This document shows positions 21,783 to 29,551 of a stretch of 64,000 bases of DNA, piece after piece. Below the pieces are notes generated by a model that was not told the origin of the DNA, searched no databases, and was given only the letters and a program-made list of their open reading frames with translations. The stretch is taken from NCBI GenBank assembly GCA_900617105.1, contig UYFQ01000006.1, forward strand, positions 496,001-560,000, read 5' to 3'. The stretch is from Hydrurus foetidus (taxonomy: Eukaryota). Within the stretch, counting starts at the first letter, position 1. Each line of letters starts with the position of its first letter. A program made the translations under genes and the position numbers.

Positions 21783-23035
21783 GCTGGTCTTCAGAGATGG
21801 TTTGCCCAGAGACCACATCCACCAACATCGCGTTACTGGCTGCGCGCTTCAGCGACGTTCGCCAGCACACCCTCGCGCTGGTCGAGGGCTTGAGCGCGGA
21901 AGACTGCATGGTGCAGTCCATGCCCGATGCCAGCCCGATCAAATGGCACCTCGCCCACACCACCTGGTTTTTTGAAACCTTTGTGCTCGAACCTGCCGAG
22001 TCGGCACAGGCGACGGGTTTTGTGCCTTTTGATGCAGCCTTTCGGGTGCTGTTCAACTCCTACTATGTCGGTGTTGGTGAGCGCCATCCCCGTGCGGCAC
22101 GCGGGGTGCTGTCGCGCCCCAGTTTTGCACAGGTGCTGGCCTATCGCCACGATGTGGAAGCCCGCATCCACAGTCTGCTCGCTGGCCCTGTGCTGGCAGT
22201 TGAGCTGCTGGCCTTGTTGACTTTGGGCATGCACCACGAGCAGCAGCACCAAGAGCTGATATTGACGGATGCCCTGCACCACTTCGCCAGCAATCCGCTG
22301 CTGCCCACTTACCGTTCCTCTCGCGCGCACGCCCCCCAGGCCGCAGCCTCAAGCAGCCCCGGTTTTGCGGCCTTCCAAGGCGGTGCGGTAGAGATCGGTC
22401 ACAGCGGCCAAGGCTTTGCTTTTGACAACGAATCCCCCCGCCATGCCGTGTGGCTGACCCCGTTCGCACTGGCCCGCCACTGCGTCACCCAAGGGGACTA
22501 CCTGCTGTTTGTCACCCATGGCGGCTATACGCGCCCCGAGTTGTGGTTGTCGGATGGCTGGGATACCGTGGTGAGCGAAGGCTGGCAGGGCCCGCTGTAT
22601 TGGCGCTTGACCGGTGCGGCATCTGCATCTTGCGCGTCTGCGTGGCAGGTCTTTGGTCTGGACGGCTTGCAAGCCCTCGACCCCGATTTACCTGTTTGCC
22701 ACCTCAGCTACTACGAAGCCGATGCCTATGCCCGCTGGGCTGGTGCCCGCCTGCCTACCGAGGCTGAATGGGAACATGCCGCACAAGCGCAGCTTTTCCC
22801 CTTGCCCTGCCCCGTCTGGCAATGGACGCAAAGTGCCTACCTGCCTTACCCCGGCTTTGCACCTGCACCCGGTGCTGTGGGTGAATACAACGGCAAGTTC
22901 ATGGTCAACCAAATGGTGTTGCGCGGTGGCTCTGTGGCCACCCCGGCAGGGCACATCCGCAGCAGCTACCGGAATTTCTTCCCTCCTTCCGCACGCTGGC
23001 AGTTTGCTGGTTTACGGCTGGCCCACAACCTGTAA
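21779..23035 (+). CDS. egtB: Ergothioneine biosynthesis sulfoxide synthase
   Basis: DinB_2 QSMPDASPIKWHLAHTTWFFE, FNSYY, HEQQHQE; FGE-sulfatase FDNE, EYNGKFM, YRNFF; ATGA overlap with doxX. Confidence 0.92.
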   Translation: MSWSSEMVCPETTSTNIALLAARFSDVRQHTLALVEGLSAEDCMVQSMPDASPIKWHLAHTTWFFETFVLEPAESAQATGFVPFDAAFRVLFNSYYVGVGERHPRAARGVLSRPSFAQVLAYRHDVEARIHSLLAGPVLAVELLALLTLGMHHEQQHQELILTDALHHFASNPLLPTYRSSRAHAPQAAASSSPGFAAFQGGAVEIGHSGQGFAFDNESPRHAVWLTPFALARHCVTQGDYLLFVTHGGYTRPELWLSDGWDTVVSEGWQGPLYWRLTGAASASCASAWQVFGLDGLQALDPDLPVCHLSYYEADAYARWAGARLPTEAEWEHAAQAQLFPLPCPVWQWTQSAYLPYPGFAPAPGAVGEYNGKFMVNQMVLRGGSVATPAGHIRSSYRNFFPPSARWQFAGLRLAHNL

Positions 23036-23059
23036 CCGTTGACCTAAAGCGAATCCACC

Positions 23060-24067
23060 ATGCCCTCTTTACGCCATAACCTGGCTTTGGTGACAGCGTC
23101 AACCAACCCGAACACAGCTGTCGCCACAACCGTTATCCCCCACAGTGAATTTGCCCGCGACCTGATCGCCGCCTTGTCCGCCCCGCCGCACAGCATCTCG
23201 CCCAAATACTTTTACGACGCAGCCGGCTCGCAACTGTTTGACCGCATTTGCGACTTGCCTGAGTACTACCCCACCCGCACCGAGCTGGGCATCCTCACCC
23301 GCCACGCCGCCGAGATGGCCGCGCTGATGGGGCCAGCAGCGGAGCTGGTGGAGTTTGGTGCCGGTTCGCTGCAAAAAGTACGTCTGCTGCTCGATGCGAT
23401 GGACGCACCGGCGGGCTACGTGCCTATCGACATTTCCGGCGACCATTTGGCGGATGCTGTCCGCACGCTAACGCACGACTACCCCCTGCTGCATGTACAG
23501 CCGCTGGTAGCCGACTACACCGCTGCACTCACCTTGCCCGCCAAGCGGCAGGGCGCAGGGCAGCGCATCGGCTTCTTTCCCGGCTCCACCATAGGCAACT
23601 TTGCGCCCGACGAGGCGCTGCGCTTTCTGCGCATGGCTGCTGGCGTGTTGCAAGGTGGTGCCCTGCTGCTGGGGGCTGACCTTATCAAAGACCCCGCCAT
23701 CCTTCACGCGGCCTACAGCGATGCGCAAGGTGTCACCGCAGCCTTCAACCTGAACGTGCTGGCCCGTGCCAACCGCGAATTGGGTGCCGACTTTGACCTC
23801 ACCCAGTTTGCCCACAGCGCTTTCTACAACCCACCCCTCCAGCGTATTGAGATGCACCTGATGGCACTGCAGCACCAGCTTGTGCGTGTCTGTGGCCGCA
23901 GCTTCTCGCTGCCTGAGGGCTTCTGCCTGCACACCGAAAATTCGCACAAATTCACTCTGGATGGCTTGCAGGCGCTGGCGGTGCAAGCGGGTTTCATCCC
24001 AGGCCCGGTGTGGACAGACCCGGCGCGCCTCTTCAGCGTGCATTGGCTGCAAGCGCCTGTGCGCTGA
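23060..24067 (+). CDS. egtD: L-histidine N-alpha-methyltransferase
   Basis: PKYFYD, LPEYYPTRTE, FFPGSTIGNF, AAFNLN, HTENSHKF. Confidence 0.95.
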   Translation: MPSLRHNLALVTASTNPNTAVATTVIPHSEFARDLIAALSAPPHSISPKYFYDAAGSQLFDRICDLPEYYPTRTELGILTRHAAEMAALMGPAAELVEFGAGSLQKVRLLLDAMDAPAGYVPIDISGDHLADAVRTLTHDYPLLHVQPLVADYTAALTLPAKRQGAGQRIGFFPGSTIGNFAPDEALRFLRMAAGVLQGGALLLGADLIKDPAILHAAYSDAQGVTAAFNLNVLARANRELGADFDLTQFAHSAFYNPPLQRIEMHLMALQHQLVRVCGRSFSLPEGFCLHTENSHKFTLDGLQALAVQAGFIPGPVWTDPARLFSVHWLQAPVR

Positions 24068-24144
24068 GCAAAAAGCAAAAAACGCTGGGTACACTGGGGG
24101 TTTTCCCTTGACCAGCGTGGTTCACATCCCGCTGCCCTACCTGC

Positions 24145-24705
24145 ATGGACGCTTTCCTTGTCTCCACCGGCATCGTTGCCCTCGCTGAAATAGGCGACAA
24201 AACCCAGCTCTTGGCCCTCGTCCTCGCGGCCCGTTTCCGCAAACCCTGGCCCATCGTTCTCGGTATTTTGGTAGCCACCCTCGCCAACCACGGCTTGGCC
24301 GGTGCGGTAGGCGCTTGGGTCACCACCCTCCTCGGCCCCACCACCCTGCGTTGGGTGGTGGGCCTCTCGTTCATCGCTATGGCGGGGTGGATGCTGATTC
24401 CTGACAAGCTCGACGACGTGGAAGACAACAAAACCGCCCGCTTTGGCGTCTTCGGCACCACCTTGGTGTTGTTTTTCCTGGCCGAAATGGGCGACAAAAC
24501 CCAAATCGCCACCGTCATGCTGGCGGCCAAATACCAGTCGTTTATAGCGGTGGTGGCGGGCACCACCCTGGGCATGATGATCGCCAACGCGCCCGTGGTG
24601 TGGCTGGGCGAAAAAGTGACCAAACTGATCCCCTTGCCTGTGGTTCACAAGCTCTCTGCTGCGGTGTTTTTGGTGCTGGGGGTGCTGGCTATCGCGTCGG
24701 CTTGA
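24145..24705 (+). CDS. TMEM165/GDT1 (UPF0016) Ca2+/Mn2+ transporter
   Basis: Two AE(I/M)GDKTQ motifs. Confidence 0.95.
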   Translation: MDAFLVSTGIVALAEIGDKTQLLALVLAARFRKPWPIVLGILVATLANHGLAGAVGAWVTTLLGPTTLRWVVGLSFIAMAGWMLIPDKLDDVEDNKTARFGVFGTTLVLFFLAEMGDKTQIATVMLAAKYQSFIAVVAGTTLGMMIANAPVVWLGEKVTKLIPLPVVHKLSAAVFLVLGVLAIASA

Positions 24706-24736
24706 GAGCCTGACAACAGGCAAGTAATTGTTGTTG

Positions 24737-24763
24737 TTAAGTATTTGGAAACCACGTCGATAT
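24737..24763 (+). promoter_or_regulatory. Candidate sigma28 (FliA) promoter
   Basis: TTAAG-N14-GTCGATAT versus consensus TAAAG/TCAAG-N14-GCCGATAA. Confidence 0.5.
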
Positions 24764-24819
24764 AGCAAGGAATGACAGGGGGCAGATTGCAGCCCCCCAT
24801 AAATCACGGAGGACATGTC

Positions 24820-24915
24820 ATGCGGAATTTGACGACAGAAACAGCAACAACAAACACACTGTTACTGGTAAAGGCCCTCATCAGCGCTGCCAAACAGGTC
24901 TGTGAGCGAGACTAA
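24820..24915 (+). CDS. Candidate 31-aa small protein
   Basis: GGAGG at 24808-24812, 7 nt before the ATG; MRNLTTETATTNTLLLVKALISAAKQVCERD. Confidence 0.3.
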   Translation: MRNLTTETATTNTLLLVKALISAAKQVCERD

Positions 24916-25054
24916 CGGCTCATCTGTCTACAAGGTCTGCTCCAAAACTTACCAAGGACAGCACAGTTGCGGCAGCAATTCGACCGACCCCTGGTGCCAG
25001 GCAAACACGCCTTGGCCACAGTTTTAAACGGACGGTCATCACGGGAGAAAAAGC

Positions 25055-26593
25055 ATGATCAACCCAATGAGTTTCAATCTGCAGCCGTCCGTGACATCAA
25101 CGATAAGGCCAGCTGCCAACGCTGGTTTGCAAACCAGCCCGAGCACTGACAGCAGCCCCTCTCCCTCCTTTGCACCATCCTCAACCCAGGTCAGCATCTC
25201 GACGCAAGGGATGGAAGCCAGTCTGCGGACAACGAACAACAGCTATACCGACCCAACCCTTGCACTGAGAAGTACTGATCCTGACTCCGTGGTGAACAAG
25301 GCCACCCAAGCTATTCCAGTGGACTACAAAAAAGGCGAGGCAGAGCGGCAAAGATTAAACGAAATCTACTTTGCTGCACCGGCACGGAAGGCCTCAAACG
25401 CGACCTTCACCCTGGCTAACCGAATTGCGGGGCTGCAAAAAGTCATTGATAAAACCCATCCTGAGTTGTCCGAAGCCTCCTGGGATTTTGTGCTGAAAGA
25501 CGGCAAACTTGAGGTAACGGGGAATGTCAGCGCCAGTGGCAAACAGTGGCTAGAAGGCAAACTCAATGCAGATCCGAAAATGGTGCAAGCGGCCAAAGAT
25601 GTGTACTCATCGACGGTCACAACCTACCAATACACGGCCGAGAACACGTCGCTTCAAGATATTGGCCATGGTGTTCGCGGGTACTTTGACAAAGTTGCAG
25701 ACCAGATCAATGGCAAGATCAACATGCGAAACCTCGTCAAAAACGAATTGGGGGTTGATGCCCTGCATGGGATTTTCAAATCAGGCACGTCGTCTAGCGT
25801 TGTGCTGGATCACATTGCCCGGCAGCACCTCTCGGTCAGCCGCACCCCGCCGGTATTACCCACGGCAGATGGCGCGGAAGTAAGCATCTCGGCGCAAGGG
25901 ATGGCGGCGAGTCTGGCGGATACCTCGCAAAGTCTTGCCAGCAGCGGGACTTCAACAAGCAGTGCTTCTGATTCGAGTGCATGGGTTAACACTCCATTAA
26001 AAATCATTGATATTGACTACAAAAAAGGCGAAGCTGAGCGGTTCAGAGTGGGTGAAACCTATGAAGCCGCTCCAATGCGAAAGGCTTCCAATGCGACATT
26101 CTCATTGGCCAACCGAATTTCCGCGCTGCAAAAAGTCATTGATAAAACCCATCCTGAGTTGTCCCAAGCCTCCTGGGATTTCGTGTTGAAAGACGGCAAG
26201 CTTGAGGTAACGGGGAATGTCAGCGCCAGTGGCAAGCAATGGTTGGAACACAAACTCAATGCAGATCCGAAAATGGTGCAGGCGGCCAAAGACTTGTATT
26301 CATCGGCGGTCACCGCCTACCAATACACGGCCGACAATACACGGCTGAAAGATGTTGGTGCAGGCATTCACGGGTACTTTGACAGAGTTGCCGACCATAT
26401 CAATGGCAAGATCAACATGCGAAACCTCGTCAAAAACGAATTGGGGGTTGATGCCCTGCATGGGGTTTTCAAATCAGGAACCTCGTCTAGCGTCGTGCTG
26501 GATCATATTGCCCGACAACACCTCTCGGTCAGCCGCAATCCACCGGTATTGGCCACGGCGGATAGCACAGCATCCACAGCGTCAGCTTTGTAG
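25055..26593 (+). CDS. Hypothetical protein built from two tandem ~230-aa units
   Basis: 512-aa ORF with SD GGGAG; Ser/Thr/Pro-rich N-terminus; duplicated DYKKGEAER...HLSVSR block. Confidence 0.85.
   Translation: MINPMSFNLQPSVTSTIRPAANAGLQTSPSTDSSPSPSFAPSSTQVSISTQGMEASLRTTNNSYTDPTLALRSTDPDSVVNKATQAIPVDYKKGEAERQRLNEIYFAAPARKASNATFTLANRIAGLQKVIDKTHPELSEASWDFVLKDGKLEVTGNVSASGKQWLEGKLNADPKMVQAAKDVYSSTVTTYQYTAENTSLQDIGHGVRGYFDKVADQINGKINMRNLVKNELGVDALHGIFKSGTSSSVVLDHIARQHLSVSRTPPVLPTADGAEVSISAQGMAASLADTSQSLASSGTSTSSASDSSAWVNTPLKIIDIDYKKGEAERFRVGETYEAAPMRKASNATFSLANRISALQKVIDKTHPELSQASWDFVLKDGKLEVTGNVSASGKQWLEHKLNADPKMVQAAKDLYSSAVTAYQYTADNTRLKDVGAGIHGYFDRVADHINGKINMRNLVKNELGVDALHGVFKSGTSSSVVLDHIARQHLSVSRNPPVLATADSTASTASAL
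25322..26563 (+). repeat. Intragenic direct repeat (25322-25870 versus 26015-26563, offset 693 bp)
   Basis: Long near-identical stretches, e.g. CTGCAAAAAGTCATTGATAAAACCCATCCTGAGTTGTCC in both units. Confidence 0.95.
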
Positions 26594-26643
26594 TGGGTGT
26601 TCTGCACCACGGTCGATACACCCGTCACCGCTATACTGACCCC

Positions 26644-26692
26644 AGCGCCGATTTGCCTTTGCTTGCGGGCGCTTGATAAATTCCGCTAAAGA
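26644..26692 (+). ncRNA. SAM-II riboswitch aptamer
   Basis: AGCGCC-GATTTG...GCTTGC-GGGCGCT-TGATAAAT..GCTAAAGA fits the SAM-II pattern; P1 26644-26649 pairs 26668-26673; -10 TATACT at 26632-26637; upstream of metX. Confidence 0.88.
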
Positions 26693-26715
26693 CCATACCG
26701 ATTCCCCTCTGCGAG

Positions 26716-26751
26716 AACCCGGCTTCGTTTTTAGCGATGCTGGGTTTTTTT
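26716..26751 (+). terminator. Intrinsic terminator in the metX leader (riboswitch expression platform)
   Basis: AACCCGGC-T-TCG...CGA-T-GCTGGGTT followed by a T run. Confidence 0.8.
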
Positions 26752-26799
26752 ATGCACGTTTCAAAACACGCCTCAAAACACGCTTTTGCACACGCTCCT

Positions 26800-28545
26800 A
26801 TGCTCGCCGTTCCACAGTTCATGTCCTTCGCCGCACCGCTTGCCCTGCAAAGCGGTGCCTCCATCCGCGCCTATACGCTGGCCTATGAGACCTACGGCAC
26901 GCTGAATGCCAACAAGTCCAACGCCGTGCTGGTTTGCCACGCGCTCAACGCCTCGCACCATGTGGCGGGCGTGTACGAAGGCCAGCCCAAGAGCGAAGGC
27001 TGGTGGGACAACATGATTGGCCCCGGCAAGCCGCTGGACACGGACAAATTTTTCGTCATCGGCATCAACAATCTGGGCTCGTGCTTTGGCTCCACCGGGC
27101 CGATGCACACCCACCCGGACACAGGCCGCATCTACGGTGCCGACTTCCCCGTGGTGACGGTGGAAGACTGGGTGAACGCCCAAGCTAATCTGCTCGATGA
27201 ACTTGGCATCCAAACCCTGGCCGCCGTGATGGGAGGCAGCCTGGGCGGCATGCAGGCGCTTAGCTGGACATTGCAATACCCTGACCGTGTGCGCCACGCC
27301 GTGGTGATCGCCAGCGCCCCCAACCTGACGGCAGAAAACATCGCCTTCAACGAAGTCGCCCGCCGAGCCATCGTCACCGACCCGGACTTCCACGGTGGAA
27401 ACTTTTACGAGCACAGCGTGATCCCCAAACGCGGCCTGCGCATCGCCCGCATGATCGGCCACATCACCTACCTGAGCGATGACGTGATGAACGAGAAGTT
27501 CGGACGACAGTTGCGGGACGGCGATGCGTACAAGTATTCAACCCAAGACGTTGAATTCCAGATCGAAAGCTACCTGCGCCATCAAGGCGACAAGTTCAGC
27601 GAAACCTTCGATGCCAACACCTACCTGCTTATCACCCGGGCGCTGGACTACTTCGATCCAGCACGCCAGCACAACGCCAGCCTGAGCGCCGCGTTGGCAA
27701 AAGCGAAGGCCAAGTTCCTGCTCGTCAGCTTCACTACCGATTGGCGCTTCTCCCCCAAACGCAGCCGCGAAATCGTCAAAGCCCTGCTCGACAACCGCCG
27801 CGACGTGAGCTACGCCGAGATTGATGCGCCGCACGGTCACGATGCCTTTTTACTCGATGATGCCCGCTACATGGCCTTGGTACGCTCTTATTTTGAGAGC
27901 ATTGATGCAACACTGAACCTGTCCACTACCGCAGCGTCCGCCCTCAAGGCGCATTCCAGCCCGGCCCCCACCCACCAGTCCATCGCCAACCTCGTCCCCT
28001 CGCAGTCCCGCGTGCTCGATTTAGGCTGCGGCGATGGCCGCTTGCTGGCCCACCTGCAAGCCCACCGCGCCTGCACCGGCTACGGCATCGAAATCAGCGA
28101 CGCCCATGTGCTGGCCTGCGTGCAAGCCGGGGTGAATGTCATCCAACTCAACTTGGAAGAAGGTCTTTCGCTGTTTGAAGACACCTCGTTCGACGTGGTG
28201 CTGCAAGTCGATACCCTGCCCCACCTGCGCAACGCCGAAACCATGCTGCAAGAAACCGCCCGCGTAGGCCGCACCGGCATCGTCGCCTTCCCTAATTTCG
28301 CCCACTGGCCCAACCGCCTGAGCGTGCTGCAAGGCCGCATGCCCGTTACCAAACGTCTGCCCTACCAGTGGTACGACACACCCAACATCCGCGTGGGCAC
28401 GTTCAAGGATTTTGAAGCGCTGGCGCAGAAGAACGGCTTGAAGCTGCTCGATGCTTTTGGTCTGCAAGACGGCGTGGAAGTGCGCTGGCTGCCGAACGCG
28501 CGGGCGGGGACGGCAGTGTTTCGGTTCACGCGGGTTGGCGCGTAA
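26800..28545 (+). CDS. metX: Fused homoserine O-acyltransferase MetX and methionine biosynthesis protein MetW
   Basis: Met[32 protein letters not shown]; in-frame Met[30 protein letters not shown]. Confidence 0.92.
   Translation: MLAVPQFMSFAAPLALQSGASIRAYTLAYETYGTLNANKSNAVLVCHALNASHHVAGVYEGQPKSEGWWDNMIGPGKPLDTDKFFVIGINNLGSCFGSTGPMHTHPDTGRIYGADFPVVTVEDWVNAQANLLDELGIQTLAAVMGGSLGGMQALSWTLQYPDRVRHAVVIASAPNLTAENIAFNEVARRAIVTDPDFHGGNFYEHSVIPKRGLRIARMIGHITYLSDDVMNEKFGRQLRDGDAYKYSTQDVEFQIESYLRHQGDKFSETFDANTYLLITRALDYFDPARQHNASLSAALAKAKAKFLLVSFTTDWRFSPKRSREIVKALLDNRRDVSYAEIDAPHGHDAFLLDDARYMALVRSYFESIDATLNLSTTAASALKAHSSPAPTHQSIANLVPSQSRVLDLGCGDGRLLAHLQAHRACTGYGIEISDAHVLACVQAGVNVIQLNLEEGLSLFEDTSFDVVLQVDTLPHLRNAETMLQETARVGRTGIVAFPNFAHWPNRLSVLQGRMPVTKRLPYQWYDTPNIRVGTFKDFEALAQKNGLKLLDAFGLQDGVEVRWLPNARAGTAVFRFTRVGA
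27845..27900 (-). repeat. Dispersed two-palindrome motif, reverse copy at the end of the MetX domain
   Basis: ATGCCCGCTACATGGCCT TGGTAC GCTCT TATTTTG AGAGC. Confidence 0.7.
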
Positions 28546-28566
28546 TTCCCTGCTACCATCTACCCC

Positions 28567-28661
28567 TCGGGAACACAGCCTCCCGAATCCTTTACGGATA
28601 GACGGTGTCCCGTCCAAGTGCTGGCAACATCCCCTTGGGGGAATTTCGCCTATGGACACCG
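28567..28661 (+). ncRNA. Structured chrB leader, candidate chrB-a/chrB-b-type cis-regulatory RNA
   Basis: Hairpins TCGGGA/TCCCGA, ATCC/GGAT, GACGG/CCGTC, TCCCC/GGGGA; CGGTGTCC (28603-28610) complements GGACACCG (28654-28661) at the start codon. Confidence 0.5.
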
Positions 28662-29548
28662 CCATGAATGCTTCTGCTTCGTCAAGCCTCGCTGCTTCTG
28701 ATTTTTCTGATTTTTCTCTTTCCCCTGCGCAATTTGCCGCCCGTTTAGGCCGCTCTGATGCCCCACTGGTGCTCGATGTGCGCCGCCTTCCCCGTTTCAC
28801 GACCAGCCCGCAGTTGTTGCCTACCGCGCAGTACTGTGCGCCTGAAGACGTGCAGGCTTTCGCGGCCCGCCAGCCACCACGTGAGGTGCTGGTGTACTGC
28901 GTTTACGGCCACGAAGTCGGCCGTGAGGCTGCGGCCACTTTGCGTGCAGCAGGGTGGGATGCCCGCTATCTGGTGGGTGGGCTTGAAGGCGGTCAGCCGG
29001 AGGTGGATTCGGTTGAATTGTTGGCTGAATTGAAAGCCCAAAACCTGCCCCGTGTCACCAAACGTTTTGGCGTTGACGGCCTGAGCCCTTCGCGCTGGAT
29101 CACCCGCGAGCGGCCCAAGATTGACCGCATCGCTTGCCCTTGGCTGGTTCGCCGCTTCATCGACGCGCAGGCCGTGTTCTTTTACGTACCCAAGCCCGAG
29201 GTGTTTGACGAAGCCACCAAGCGCGGGGCCATTCCCTATGACATCCCCGGCGCACCGCTGGAGCACGACGGTGCGCTGTGCAGCTTCGACACCTTTTTGC
29301 GGGCGTTCGGGCTGCGCTTGCCCGCGCTCGACCTGCTGGCCTGCATCGTGCGCGGCGCGGACACCGATCAGCTGGACCTGGCCGCGCAGTCGGCTGGTTT
29401 GCTCGCGGTGTCACTGGGCTTTTCTCGCCTCTACCCCACCGACGATCACGCCATGCTGGACGCGATGATGCCGGTGTACGACGCGCTTTACGCTTGGTGC
29501 AGCGACCGCGTTGCCGCCACCGATGAGCGTCACAACTGGAAGCCCTGA
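28652..29548 (+). CDS. chrB: Chromate resistance protein ChrB type (rhodanese plus ChrB C-terminal domain)
   Basis: VLDVRR...VYCVYGHEVG rhodanese; WITRERPKIDRIACPWLVRRFID; IVRGADT. Confidence 0.88.
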   Translation: MDTAMNASASSSLAASDFSDFSLSPAQFAARLGRSDAPLVLDVRRLPRFTTSPQLLPTAQYCAPEDVQAFAARQPPREVLVYCVYGHEVGREAAATLRAAGWDARYLVGGLEGGQPEVDSVELLAELKAQNLPRVTKRFGVDGLSPSRWITRERPKIDRIACPWLVRRFIDAQAVFFYVPKPEVFDEATKRGAIPYDIPGAPLEHDGALCSFDTFLRAFGLRLPALDLLACIVRGADTDQLDLAAQSAGLLAVSLGFSRLYPTDDHAMLDAMMPVYDALYAWCSDRVAATDERHNWKP

Positions 29549-29551
29549 GCC

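Noticed and set aside
24068..24144. yybP-ykoY manganese riboswitch before the TMEM165 gene
   Set aside because: Only a 77-nt gap with one hairpin (ACGCTGG/CCAGCGT); the conserved GGGGAGUA and CGUC elements are not visible
26761..26783. 12-bp tandem duplication (TCAAAACACGC twice) in the metX leader
   Set aside because: Only two copies; likely slippage with no evident function
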